Of a DNA stretch of 64,000 bases, positions 1 to 12,367 are shown in pieces (within the stretch, counting starts at the first letter, position 1; each line of letters begins with the position of its first letter). This DNA is from Takakia lepidozioides (taxonomy: Eukaryota; Plantae; Bryophyta). The DNA is taken from the NCBI GenBank assembly GCA_030704615.1, contig CM060733.1:75454001-75518000 (forward strand), in the 5' to 3' direction. A model generated the notes under the pieces. That model was not told where the DNA came from and made no database searches. It saw only the letters and a list, made by a program, of their open reading frames with translations. The translations under genes were made by a program, and so were the position numbers.

Positions 1-12
1 AGCTGGTTTTAG

Positions 13-2304
13 GTGAGGAAGGAGCAGGCGCGATATGGAAGGTGGCAGCAGTTGCCACCCAGTTCGAATGACCGTGCTGAGCTCACCAAGGCACTAGTCA
101 GAGGCTGTGACAGTGTTGAATGGCAGGTTTAATCATATAGTACTATCTTTTCCTCCCTAGTCCTCCTATGCCTGCTTTGTTCCAATTGATCCTAACTGCA
201 TTGGCTTTGGGCTGCCTTAAGTAGTCATTTGTGTACTTGTCAGATGTTCATTTGGATACCCATAGCGAGCCACCTCACGCAACCATGAGTCCACCACTCG
301 ATGTCATTTTGAGTGACTTGATTGCTTATATGATTTTGCGCCAGCTGATCTTTGCTGAATTGGGGTGCTGGTGTTGGAAGGAAGTTGGGTGAGCTTGATA
401 GAGCTATCGCAGTTGCGGAAAGGGATCCTGTCAAGTTCTCTATTGATAGAGTAGAAATAGAGAAGCGTCGCAAATGGACGAGCTCTACCCGCTCCCAGGT
501 AGGGTATGGTTGTGCCTGGTTATGTGCTTGGTTGTGGTTTCAAAACTTGCCAAATCCTCTTACGTCCCCAATTGAACCCCTTCCCGCGCTCTTGACATTG
601 GTAGCTGCAATACAAGATCTGCAATCTGACATTTTATGTTTGACGTAATGTACGAATGTAAGCGTGGATGCAAGTTCGTTTCTAACATTTGCTTTCGAGA
701 AGGTAGCAGTGAGATCTTAATTCGCAAGCTTGCATGGGGCCTCAACTATTTTAGGAGCAGATGCTAAGAGTACGTACTTACTGGCGGGCACCTGATCACC
801 AGATCCAATCATTGAAGAGAACGTTGGCAACAGCAACTGGCAAGCCTCCAACCATCAATCCGCGCCAGGAATTGCTGGTACCGGAGAAACCACAGCCGCC
901 CCCGCCTCCCAAACTCCTGAGGAGACAAGATCCGAAACAGAACGAGAACTTCATCCAGAGCGAGACCGACAAACAATCCCTTATCCTGAAGTACAACATA
1001 CTCATATTCTTACTCCATACCATGAGCGAGACTTGCCAGCTCCCTTCTCTCAGCTCTAAATTTGTCAACAGTTGAACTGGATGCAATTCATGGTTCAACT
1101 TGTACAACTAGATCCTATGAACAGTGCTTTCTTCAAAGACTTTCCCTGTTGGTAGGAGCGGAGGTGATCTCTGGACTTCGTCGGTGCCCTTCAGAAATTT
1201 CTGGAGTTTTTTAGTCCACGTTATATGCTGTTGCTGTCAATGCAGAAACACAATCTGAACAAATCACCAACAAATAAGAAATGCAAATCGGTAGGGCCAT
1301 GGTCTGCAGACTGAGCCTAGGGTTGTTAAAAAGCTTTCTTTCACATAGAGGGAGAATGTGGTCAGTTTTTCATATTTCATATTTCTTTGTAGACTTTCCA
1401 GATTAGTTTGCACAACAGGTTGTTCCACGTATGATCAAAACGCAGTGGATGACATGAGTTGCTTCCACAGAGTAGGGATAGCAAACTTGTACGAGAGGCA
1501 AGAAAATTGAGCAACTTGTATTGTCTGGAATAGTGAGGTCCTAAATCTTAACAGTCTGGACAGGTATCTAAACTTTCATTGCTGGAGTTTCCCAGTATAT
1601 CCACAGGTTGGTTTGATGTGGTGGATTGGAATCTTTGAAGACATATAGGTGGTTTCAGTTTCTACTGTACTGGGGTGTGTCAAGATCGCTTGATGGTGGT
1701 GTCTTGGTTCCTGGTATGTGGTGCTCACACTTCTGCATGTATGTAATCTTCACCACTAGGGAACAAGATAAGGACTTGGAAGACCTCAGTGCCAGTGTAA
1801 ACAGATTGGGTGATGTCGGCCTCACAATTCACGAAGAGCTTAGTGGCCAGGTACCTGCGCACAGATCATATCTCCATTTGCTCCATGGGACTCCCACACT
1901 CTGCAACTTTCAGTTCCCTAGGCTCATAGTAGAGCCGAGAGTCACTTCGTTTCTTCAGTATGTTCACTGGAGGGAGGTGATACATGCAGGAGAGACTTGT
2001 TGAAGAGGTTGGCAGGGATCTGGATACCACTGCCAACAGGCTTGACTATGTTCAGGTAGTCACTGCTCCACTTCTCTCTATCCTTTCATGCCCATGACTG
2101 AAATCGTCAATGTGCTCAGAAGTTCGTTACATACTGAAGTGGCAATAGGTCTATGTGCTCGCAGGCAACTAACAGACGCATAGGTGGGTACAGAAAAAAC
2201 TCGAATCGATCATCAAGAAAGCAGGAGCAAGAGGACAAATTGTCATGATAGTGTTCCTGGTTATTTTGCTGGCCATTCTTGTCATGCTCATCTTCTACAC
2301 TTGA
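13..2304 (+). CDS. SYP61: Qc-SNARE syntaxin-6/SYP61-like, 5' part outside the window; exons 13-126, 385-498, 803-990, 1760-1850, 1990-2055, 2194-2304
   Basis: Phase-consistent GT-AG exons give CDSVEWQ|LGELDRAIAVAERDP..IEKRRKW (syntaxin-6 N domain), EQDKDLEDLSASVNRLGDVGLTIHEEL (SNARE motif) and a C-terminal TM anchor IVMIVFLVILLAILVMLIFYT*. Confidence 0.92.
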
Positions 2305-2592
2305 CATTTCTTTGTTCATTACAAAGGCTCCCCTTGTTTGGGAGATGCTACAGTTCCTTTCAAACCTGCTCTCTGTTGCGTGTACATCTCCCTCCAGCTA
2401 GATGTACCTGATAAGGCCTCAAAATGCCATGACTATGACACATCCTTCAATGCCCCACAGAATCTTGCCCAGCACTCAGGACCCTTAATGAAACTTAATA
2501 ATTAATCAGGTTCTACATCACCTGCAACTCAGTGGAATGCTGATAGAATGCTGATACCGATCCAAAAACCATGGCAAACCTTCAACCCTGAT

Positions 2593-5500
2593 TTATCCGA
2601 AGACCTCATTAAACTTCTCTACAACCAACACACCCGAATCAATTGATTCAAGGGGGTCCTTTCGAAGACGGTGCCTTAGGCAGTTGGGAATGACTGAGAG
2701 AATATCCTGGGGAGTAACCTCATCCCTGCCACGGAATGAAGCCAGTGCTTTGGCAGCTCGGTTGCTCACAATGTCTCCCCTCAGTCCGTCCACATCCAGC
2801 TCTGAACAAACTTGTGAGATTTTCACCCTCAGGTCATGGGGAACTTTTATATGGGGCAAGCGAGCCCGTGCATCAAAAATTTGAGTGCGGAGCTCTTCCT
2901 GTGTGGTGTCATAGGCTACCCGAAAGGACTTAGGGTCTTGATCAAACATGCCCCTCTCCTCTACTATTTTCACCCTCAGCTCTGGATCCTTCACTGTGCC
3001 CACCTGCCACATGTTCCAGAAGGTCTATTAGGTGCCCCAACTGCCACAAAAAACCAAAGTCTGAAGTCAAGCTGTGCGGAATCAACCACCACCAATGGTG
3101 CTGAAAGAGGGCATCAGAAAAAATCATGACCCTCTAGCTGATTTTTAAATTTAGGAGGAGATCTTGTTTAATGGAATAGAATCGGATATCCAGAAAGTTT
3201 CAGATCTGTGGGCATGGTTTAAGATTTGCCACTGTAACAAGCTGGACTGTGCAAAGCTGGTAGGGGAAGATGCCTACCTGGGCATGCATGCCAAATCTAT
3301 CCAACAGTTGGGGCCGAAGTTCGCCCTCTTCTGGGTTTCCTGACCCAATCAAGATGAAGCGCGCAGGGTGAGAGATTGAAATGCCCTCCCTCTCCACGGT
3401 GTTCCACCCTGAGGCTGCAGCATCCAATAACACATCTACCAAATGGTCGTCCAGCAGATTGACCTCATCCACATACAAAATTCCTCGATTGGCCTTGGCC
3501 AACAGGCCTGGCTCAAAGGCTTTCACTCCCTCGGTGAGAGCCTTCTCAATGTCGATTGTCCCACACACACGGTCCTCTGTAGCCCCCAGTGGCAAGTCAA
3601 CCATATTGATCCGGGTTAAAACTACAGGAAGTTGTTCACTGCCCTGCACACGCACCCTGACTTCCTCACTCATGAGCTCCGGGTCTTCAGGGTCTGAATT
3701 GAAAGGATCCCCAGCCACCACTTTGATTTCAGGAAGCAAGTCCACCAATGCTCGCACAGTCGTTGACTTGCCAGTGCCACGGTCACCCATTATCATCACT
3801 CCCCCAATTTTGGGATCAATGACATTCAGTATTAGGCACAGTTTCATTTCTTCTTGCCCTACAATTGCAGTAAATGGAAAAACAGGGCGCTGGGTATCTT
3901 TCGAAGACCGCTTGACCTGCCACAACACCAAATCTTATTTCAGAGATGTACCAAAATTTGAGTCTTCAAACCACACCAATCGTCATCCATGTATAGAAGT
4001 TTCCCAACAACACATTGAGGAAACTTCCCAATGGATGAGGCACTCTCAAAGAATGAACACTCGCAAGGAGAACAGTAATTGATGTCAATTCAAGTCAACG
4101 GCAATTCAAGTCAAGAGAAATCTTGACATGTGGGTCAAGCCCACGGTTATCTAGATTAAGCCTCTGAACCAATGAGCACCTTAGTTGACCCTGCTGTGTG
4201 AACGCTTTTCGGGGTTACTCTTTAAGCAGGCAACCACAAAAATCTGTGTTTGTCTCCTTTTCTCTTATTAAACCCTTCACACTTCCTGCGCCCTCCTGGG
4301 ATAGCAGGTCCCAGCATTTTTAGGGAACTTTCGGTGAAGCCCACCTTTCATAGCTAAATCTATCCAATGAACAGAGTGTATGCACAGCACTTCCTGTCTG
4401 CTTGCACAGAAAGTAGTACAACCAAAAGTGCAATTTGCTGCAGTGAATTACATCTTTTTAAAACTTTGACTTTCCTCAAAGCAATGGGTAGAGGTTGTTG
4501 GAAGTCCACATATCGAACCCACATTACCAATTTCACCATGAGAGACAGTGCAGATGTGCAGTTTAAAGTTGCGCATCAGATCAATTCTGAAGTTTGCAAC
4601 TAAATAGCCTCGGGTAAGGCACAGAAAGATACACCCCCCAATCTCCAGCATGTAAACATGAGGTGCCACACACACAGACTGTCACCAGTTACTCGACCAG
4701 GTGTCCATTCAGTACACTGTTTGGACCTCTTGTTCTCTAACCAATGCATCAAGCCCTTCATCTCCAGGTTTGAGCATTCAAAACTATCCATCTTAGTTTG
4801 CTCCACAGCACTTAAGCCCCTGCACTCTCTCTCCTCTGGGTCAAAGTTGCAAGCAATGCACAACGCAAAGCATTTTCCTCAAAATACCAGGTCCCTCGAA
4901 AAAAGCATAAGAAGAAACTAGCCCCAACTATCTTCTCCCCATTAGACAATTTGTTGACCATGTCAGAATCTATCTGGTTGTCCATCCTACGATCCAGCAC
5001 AGAAGCTCCACAAGCACATGGGTGGAGTGCACAACAGAATTCGTCCAAACCTGTATCTTCATCGCGTCTTTCCCTCTGCATCTCCACACACGAGGCCACA
5101 GGGGCATAAGGAAGCTAACCTCAGAAACCGGTTCCTCGAGCTTCACTGGAGTAGCCACATTAGTCACTTTCAACGAGCCACATTGTTTTCTCTGCTGCCT
5201 CGGTCCCTCCACGCACTGCAACCCACGCAGCTTGCCTACTTGCAAGAAGCTCTTCATACAGAAGTTCCCTGCAGACACAGAGTAATTTATTAAAATGAAT
5301 AACACCTCACAATCCCCTCATTGCCAATAGCTTGCACCAATTCCTGAACTCCGATCACAGGAGTTGAGGAGCAAGCAGCGCTTCCGCAGCAACATAGAAG
5401 ACAATATATTAACATATTCTTGGTGCAAACCTCCGCATCTATTTCCTTATTTCACTGAAATCTGACTCCTCTCTCGGCGTCTCTCTCTTTACCTCGTTCC

Positions 5501-5850
5501 ACCCAAAAACCTGGCCAAAAATCTCTACCGGAGTGGTACACACACTCTCACGCCCAGACCCGAACCGCACTTACCCACACCGCCGCTCCGCAACACAAAC
5601 ACAGCCACAATGCCCTCACACAACAATCTCAGAAACAGGAAAAGAACAAATGCGAGCCCAAACAACAAATCCGACCAAAATCCCATCGTCGCTGGAGGTT
5701 TTAGTTACAGCTCAGACAAACGAACCACCTCAAAAAAACCAGACAAAACCCACCAGCACGGAATCCATGTTTGCGCCGTGCACAGCTCTCCACTGTGAGG
5801 GACCTGCTTCCAGCTACAGCTACCCCCGCACCTCGCACCGCTACCGCCAT
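2593..5850 (-). CDS. CHLI: Magnesium chelatase subunit I, plastid-targeted; exons 5850-5754, 5268-5120, 3916-3278, 3003-2593
   Basis: [16 protein letters not shown], Walker [10 protein letters not shown], Walker [40 protein letters not shown]; the first two exons encode a transit-peptide-like sequence; intron phases 1/0/0 are consistent. Confidence 0.97.
4124..4350. mobile_element. Possible short solo LTR in CHLI intron 2
   Basis: TG...CA termini with an imperfect inverted repeat (TGACATGTGGG vs rc TGAAAGGTGGG, 9/11); internal TATA-like and ATTAAA motifs; flanks match poorly (AATCT/TAGCT). Confidence 0.35.
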
Positions 5851-6811
5851 GGCCGTGGAGCTCTCAATCACACCCGCGCACCCACCACCACTCCACTCCT
5901 CTTTACACACCACCACTCCATTGGCCCCTCCTACTGCAGTTTGGATCACCTTCCCTCTGCCCATGCATGCCATCACCTGCATGCCCATCATCTCACATCT
6001 ATGCATGCCCAGTCCCGATGGAACACCTCATCCATCCTGGAACTTTACGATTACATCCCTGGGATCAGCGGCTCACAAAAATCACAATTTTTTTTACTTT
6101 ACTCATTTCTAACATTTTGTAGGTCTATCTTCGTGGTGGAGTGTAAGGATGAAACTCATCCATTTCATTGTGTACATAGTTGATCACGAACTCAGTCAGT
6201 GAAATAAGTGTTCTACGGAAAGGAAAAGAAAAGAAGAAACTGAGAGCAGTCGATGTATTCAGTTCTATCCCCCACTGTATCCCCATAGCAAGAAGATCCA
6301 GAGAACCTTCTTTTCTCTCCCTTTCACAGATTTGTAAGGTAGGGATGGACAGCCTGCTTGGCACGGCAAGAGTGGCAATTGTGTCGAAGACATTTGAGCT
6401 CCCACCGGAGACTCCTGCTACAGAACATGCTTTCAAGCAATGCTTGCCAGGGGCTTCTGCTCTACTGACTGTCCTAATGTCCTTCCATAAGGAGACACTG
6501 CATGTCTTTCCTAACGTCCTTCACTGCTTCTAACGAGTAACCCCGAAGGATGACTAAGCAGCCAACAATTGTTACACGCGCCTCTACAGACGTTGTCGTT
6601 GACAGCCATCACTCATCGACCCTAGTGCAAAGCAGAATAATCCATAGGGTTTTCACTGGGTACTCTTCCATCGCACATCCCTGCACATAATAATACTGCA
6701 CCCGACAAACAATGCCTCCCAGAATGAGATCAGCTCTCATGTCTTCTGAAACAGGAACTCATTGCCATTCGAATGAAAGGCCTAGCTGCCCAGCTCACAT
6801 ACACACAATTC

Positions 6812-7020
6812 GTATACCTCTCTTAAATAGTGTGTGCACATATGTTGGGGTTCCTTTCTGAAATTGCTCTCAAGCTAAGGAATTTGACACCCAAATCTGC
6901 TGCAAGGTCCCAAGAGCTCTCTGTATACCTCTCTTAAACAGTGTATGACGTTGGGGTTCCTTTCTGAAATTGCTCTCAAGCTAAGAATTTGACACCCAAA
7001 TCTGCTTCAAGGTCCCAAGA
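6812..7020. repeat. Two imperfect tandem copies of a ~100-110 bp unit
   Basis: GTATACCTCTCTTAAA...GTTGGGGTTCCTTTCTGAAATTGCTCTCAAGCTAAG...CAAGGTCCCAAGA at 6812-6915 and 6923-7020. Confidence 0.9.
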
Positions 7021-7629
7021 CCTATCATGAGTGCTACTCAAACCCACAAACCTATGTTAAAGCCAGCTCTCCCAAATATCGTGAGCGAGTGTCCACGCCC
7101 TGCTTCATTCAATAATATCTTTTCAAATCTTGGATAGAAAGAACTGTGAACAGGTTGTACCATACCTGTAAGTTCTATGGCAGTCAAATGGCCTCACGAG
7201 ACCAACCCACTGTCAAACTGACAACAGCGAAGCTGAAAACTTACTTCAATAAGCCTACTGTGACTGAGGACTTCACCGCTTCTCTTTCCTTCCACCGCAA
7301 CAATGTAATAAGCATCTCCCTTGTTTGATTGCTTGATCAAAACCCTCTCGTGTACAGGCAATGGCCACCCAAGTGAATGTTGCAAATCCAAGTGGCACCA
7401 TATACCCCAGATGCCAAAACCAGATCCATCCATACCTGTAGTTGGTGGATCCCAGGTGCTTCCATGACACAAATGCGCATGATGCTCAAGTAGCAAATTA
7501 TAGATCATGGAAAAACAATCTTAGTGGTATTTAGTGCTACTGCCACTTGAAGCACTTTGACGTCTGGAAGGGATGGCAAGACAATTTTCAGCAGCCAATG
7601 CCAAAGTCACCATTTGAACTGTAACAGAT

Positions 7630-8852
7630 CTACGGTGAAACATCTAACCTGAGCTCCATGGGAAACCCTTCAACTCCATCAGGCCCAAACATTTCCCTAG
7701 GGCATTCGGGGACCACATGCCATGAACCATCCGACAGGTCAAACAGCCATGTATACTCCCATTCCGGGGACGAGAAGATGAGACCATCCTTGTGGTCTTC
7801 AGTGCAGAAACTGTAGATGTTGAATGAGTCAAAATCATACTCACTGTCAAATGGTTTGTATGGTACTTCGCCTACAGCTATGATATCCAGCCCAAGTTGC
7901 TCGTTGACTGCCCACACTTGAAAACAGCCCCTATCACTAGACATTGGTTCTAATAAATAATTGTTGGCACCGGGTACTGTTCTTGTCAGCACTAGAATGC
8001 GGCCACTACTTTCCACCAACCCTAGTGTGCGAGAATTCAAAAACCCGTGTGTGGAGGGAATATGCAGCTGGATTCTGTTCCAGAAACCTCCCTCCAGATC
8101 GTAGGTAGCAATTTGGCAAACATTTTGAGACAGACAATACATAAGGCCATTGCAAACAACAGCCTGGCAAGGTCGATTCATGAGGTACGGCAGACCATCA
8201 GACCCAGGAATCACACCCGTCTCTCTCCAGACTTGTGTTGTGGACTCGTACACTCGTGTGGTAAGATCTGACTCCTCGATGACAATGACCTTGTATGAGT
8301 TTTCGGTCTTGTCAACAACCATGGCCACAAAATCTGGCAATCCTTTGCCACGAAGAAGGAGCCAAGGGGGCAGCTCCCTCCAAGTCTTTGTTATGGGGTT
8401 ACAAACCCCCAGAGTGACCTCATCTTCTGAATTGTAAACAGCAAAACAAAGCAATCCCCCCCCAGTCAAAATGAGATAAAAATCAGGGAAGGGAAGAAAA
8501 CTGAGTGACATATCATGCCACTTTCGGGTCGTTGAGCAGAAAATAGAGGCATCACGTGCAAAGTAGGCAAATGTGAAGAGGGCAGGCCCGATTTGCACCC
8601 TGTGATCCTCCATTCCATATAGGACATAGTAAGGGAGTTCATAGGTGACTTCCGCTCGGGCTTTGACAAATCCTGGAGAGTGAATGAGGCCATTCCATCG
8701 TTTGCAGACAGCACGCATGCTAAAGAGAGCAGGAATTGGAAGGTGGGCAAGTATCAGATCCACCAGAGGCTCGGGTAATGCTCCCCATAAGCCCCCATCC
8801 AACTCCATCTGCGGGGAATGAGACTGAACTGCTAGCATGCTCTCATTTGAAC
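7630..8852 (-). CDS. F-box protein with C-terminal kelch/FBA-like beta-propeller; possible own ATG at 8838, or spliced to the upstream exon
   Basis: F-box motif LWGALPEPLVDLILAHLPIPALFSMRAVCKRWNGLI; VCNPITKTWRELPP, YKVIV, VYESTTQVW blade motifs; ctgtag acceptor ending at 8853. Confidence 0.93.
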
Positions 8853-9510
8853 CTACAGGCACAACACAAAGTCAGGCACCACTGTCTTATTTCAGTCTTG
8901 TCTGCTTGAATGGAAGTAGAGAGAAGGGGCAGGACAGGGTCAAACTACCAGTCGTAAAGGCCAGGATTTCTTAGTAGCTTATCACAAAGAACTATTTAAG
9001 AACAAGATGTCTTCCTTCGCTGCACACTGTTTGAGCTCTCCTGAAGTAGTAATTGAGGGAGATGTTGAAGGCCAGAACCAACTGTAGTCCCAAAAGATAC
9101 CGCTGCTGGATTGGACAACTAGCCCATTCAGCTCTCCTCTATAGTCCCCTTCACTCTCGTCCAAATCAGCCCCTTTTCTGGCTGTCCTGGCAGGCTTTGC
9201 CTCTCCGACCACAAAGTAGCATAAGAGGCATACATTATCACTGGTATCAGATCCTCATCTTGGCTACATGACTGCAAACCACCATCAACACCCTTCCTAA
9301 TATATAAGGTTGCTCTAGTTCCCGACACTTGCTGATATAGAAGGCTCCATACCATCCAGGATGCACTCCTATCTGTGCTATGCTGCTTGAAATCAGTGGT
9401 AAAGGATGCAGCCTGCCTTTTGTGAAAGGACTAACCTAAGAAGTAGTTTAACCAATCAAGCTTCCTGGAAACTAAATATGAGCAGTATGGACAACCTCAA
9501 GGTCACGCAC

Positions 9511-9943
9511 CAGTATGAGCGGGCATGTTCTCCTTCCGGACACCGATCTTGACTGAGAAAAAATCAGCTGCTGTCAGTTCTCGACAAAGCATTTGGAAGA
9601 CTCCCTTGATTTCTTCTTGTGTCATATGTATGAGTTGTTCATGTGTCATCTCCACTAACGTCCGCATATTGTAGTGCTTTGCATTTACTTCCGGTTCATA
9701 CGAGTACGTCCTGATGATGTCCTCAAGCCTTCGAATCTCATCTTGCACACTGCTCGTGCTCGATGATTTTGTGCAGCTTGAGGAACCGGAAGATTCACTC
9801 TCGAGGGCCCCCGCTAACATGTCCATTTCCACCGTACTGCTCAGATGACTAGATGTCCATTTCCAAGGTTCCCTTGTCGACAGAATCGGATTAATGATTA
9901 ACGAGGGAAACTTAAATCTTGAATTTCGATGCCGCTTCAGCAC
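9511..9943 (-). CDS. Exon encoding a divergent SKP1-like domain (first in-frame ATG at 9826); in frame with the F-box exon if spliced at 9510, or stops at 9503 if unspliced
   Basis: Open frame bounded by a tctgtag acceptor and a G|gtgcgt donor; NAKHYNMRTLVEMT..MTQEEIKGVF..ELT..VRKEN resembles SKP1 AANYLNIKNLLDLT..KTPEEIRTTF..DFT..VRREN. Confidence 0.62.
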
Positions 9944-11343
9944 CTACAGAATAGGAAGGGAGATTCTTGTTTACTATCTACACTCCAGTTGTTGCGGTTG
10001 ATGTAGCCGATTGTGCAGGAGAGGAGCTGTTTGGCAAAAAGAAAGAAGGGGAGTGTAGGCCAGAAAGATACAAGCGAGAGATGTGAGCATCATATCTCCA
10101 ACAATATGTTGTTTAAATATCAAAATAGATTACTGAAGGACAGGAAAGTGGAAAAACACCATCAGAAACCTAATGACATACCCGGCGGAAGCTCATGAAC
10201 GCAAGATAACAACAAAACAATTTTAGACATTAAGGTACACCGACGTTAATATGAGATTATTTTCAAAATCTGCTGAGTAGAATCGTCACAGGGCATATGA
10301 GAGCGTAGAATAAACAAACCATAGCTTTACATCAAGTATCGCCAGAAGGCGAAGTGAGAGGACAGCAGGTCCTACCAACGTAAATGCTCTAAGAAAGTGA
10401 GGCTACATTCATGAAAACCTTCCTAAACTAACCACTGCAAAAACAGCGAGAGTATAGCAGAACAGAACATCACATTGAGATAAACAGTATAGTGAAGACG
10501 AGAAAGAGGAAGCTCCCACCAGTCTAACAAACTGAAAAATAACCCGTGCGCAACAGAGACATCACAAAGGAAAAAAATAATGCAACTGAAAACACTCGAA
10601 GATCTGAAGAAAAAGTTAAAAAACCAAACAAGCAGCGCAGGCAAAAAAGGTGGACTCGTGCCAAGAGAAACGTAATATATGGTGTCTCCTCACTGCCTCC
10701 AGTTTCAATGGTGGAAACCTAACTGCAGATTAACCTAGTATCCGGCCACAAGATTTGAGCCAGTTTTTGAGAGAGATGATCGAGGCCCACTGTAACCAAA
10801 CAATTTGCGACCTGTCATCATCAAATATGAAATTGCGCACCACTGAATAAATATCTACAGTTACAGCACACGAGATTACAGCTCCAATGGGAGTCCATGG
10901 GGGCAAGAATCGAGAGGAGGTGCGAGTGAAGAGGATGCGAGCGCGCCATGAGCCGAGAGATCCTGGCTATGGCGTGTGCAAGCTTTCCTCGCGGCGGGAT
11001 TTGAGTGGCTGCTTTGACCGGCCCACCTGCAATTGCCGGTTAGGTGTAGCTCGTGTCAGCTCCGTGAATGATAGTAAAAGGGACAAATCATTCGCAAAAC
11101 TGCTACTTACTAATCCCCGTGAGAGCGTCACCTAACTTACCAACTACTCTTCTCCGATCCAACGACTGTCAATTTGTGAGATCGAACGGCCACTACGTGC
11201 AATCCACAATAGGTCAGGCTATGGCCTAATGATCTCAGGAAAACTAGGAAAAAGAAAAATCCTGACCGTAGATGTTAATGTACACCCTCACCATAAGTAT
11301 ATATTTGTTTATTTTTTATTTCATTAAAAAAAATAAGAGTACA

Positions 11344-11960
11344 GGGGGATTGTAGCCCTGTAAAATTTTATTAAAAGGATAAGAGTCAAGAAGTTCATTT
11401 TTTGTTTTTTGTTTTTTGAAAAGGGGAACGGAGGCCCTTATTATTTTATTAATAAAGGCGAGGAAAAAATAACCTGGGAGAACAAGCCTGAGGCTTGAAA
11501 GGGGACACAGCCCTGTGAACCAAAACCTAAGGAGGGAGCTGCGAGAACAGAAAAAATAATTAGAGGAAGAAGGGTATCTAACGCCTGGTGAGATGAGCCT
11601 TGGATTTTCCTTTCCGCAAAGCAGTGCGCTTGTGGCGCCAGTTGACATCGGAATCCTGAGGCTCCATGGATTGTTGATCACTAGTGGAGCTTCCAACGTG
11701 GCGGGATGCAGTCGTTCCAGACAACCGTTGATTCGGAACTTCTTTCGCAGTTTTTTATTTGTAAGAGAACTTGGACTCGAGTGGAAGAAGCCCTTTTTTT
11801 TTGTTTTTTGTTTTTATCTTAAAAACAAATAACAAACAAATAACAGGTGACCATCCCTGGAAATATTTATTTAAATCTAATATCTGCCCCAAACACCTCC
11901 TCTGTAACTCTGTGGGCATTTGCCTCCTGCTAAATAAAAATTAAAGGGCTACAATCCCCC
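11344..11960. mobile_element. 617-bp segment bounded by a 16-bp perfect inverted repeat (MITE-like, or back-to-back retroposon 3' tails)
   Basis: GGGGGATTGTAGCCCT at 11344-11359 and AGGGCTACAATCCCCC at 11945-11960; A/T-rich tails outside both ends; no TSD seen. Confidence 0.5.
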
Positions 11961-12367
11961 TTTTAATTTTATTAAAAAAAAGAAAAAAACCTCAACGACA
12001 ATGTTTTGAGGAACCTCAAAACATTGTACTTACATGAGAACCTAAGGAAAAGCAGGGAGAGGAAAATATTATGAACGAAAGTGGATGAAGAGAATGGATG
12101 ATTAGCAAGCTGAGTTGATCTTATATAAACCACCGCATTTCCGTCACTTCTCTCGCTCGCTGTGTGTCTCTCTCCGCATCCCGTCTGATCTTCACAGCTT
12201 GGATTACAGCTTAAAATTTGACTTGGTTGTATCTTCTTTCTTCTCTAGCTTTTATCTCTCTTTTCCGAAGCCGTATCGATCGGTCTGATCCTCAATACTG
12301 GAAGTGTGAGTGAAATCAGAGTAGTAGTACCGAGGTTTGGACAGGAGTGAGATCCAGCTAGATTTGT

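Noticed and set aside
3381-4082. 233-aa + strand ORF, and similar antisense ORFs over REV3, PHO1, the P450 and 62572-63126
   Set aside because: Antisense shadows of real coding exons, with no independent motifs.
5533-6183. 216-aa + strand ORF
   Set aside because: Overlaps CHLI exon 1 and its promoter on the opposite strand; low-complexity composition with no recognisable domain.
8982-9260. Possible extra coding exon between the SKP1-like and F-box exons
   Set aside because: It has a phase-1 donor, but I found no phase-compatible acceptor without an in-frame stop.
10735-10860. Upstream peptide HLSQKLAQIL resembling the SKP1 N-terminal helix (LESQTIAHMV)
   Set aside because: No in-frame ATG, and the donor phase does not join the 9943 exon in frame; the similarity is too short to call.
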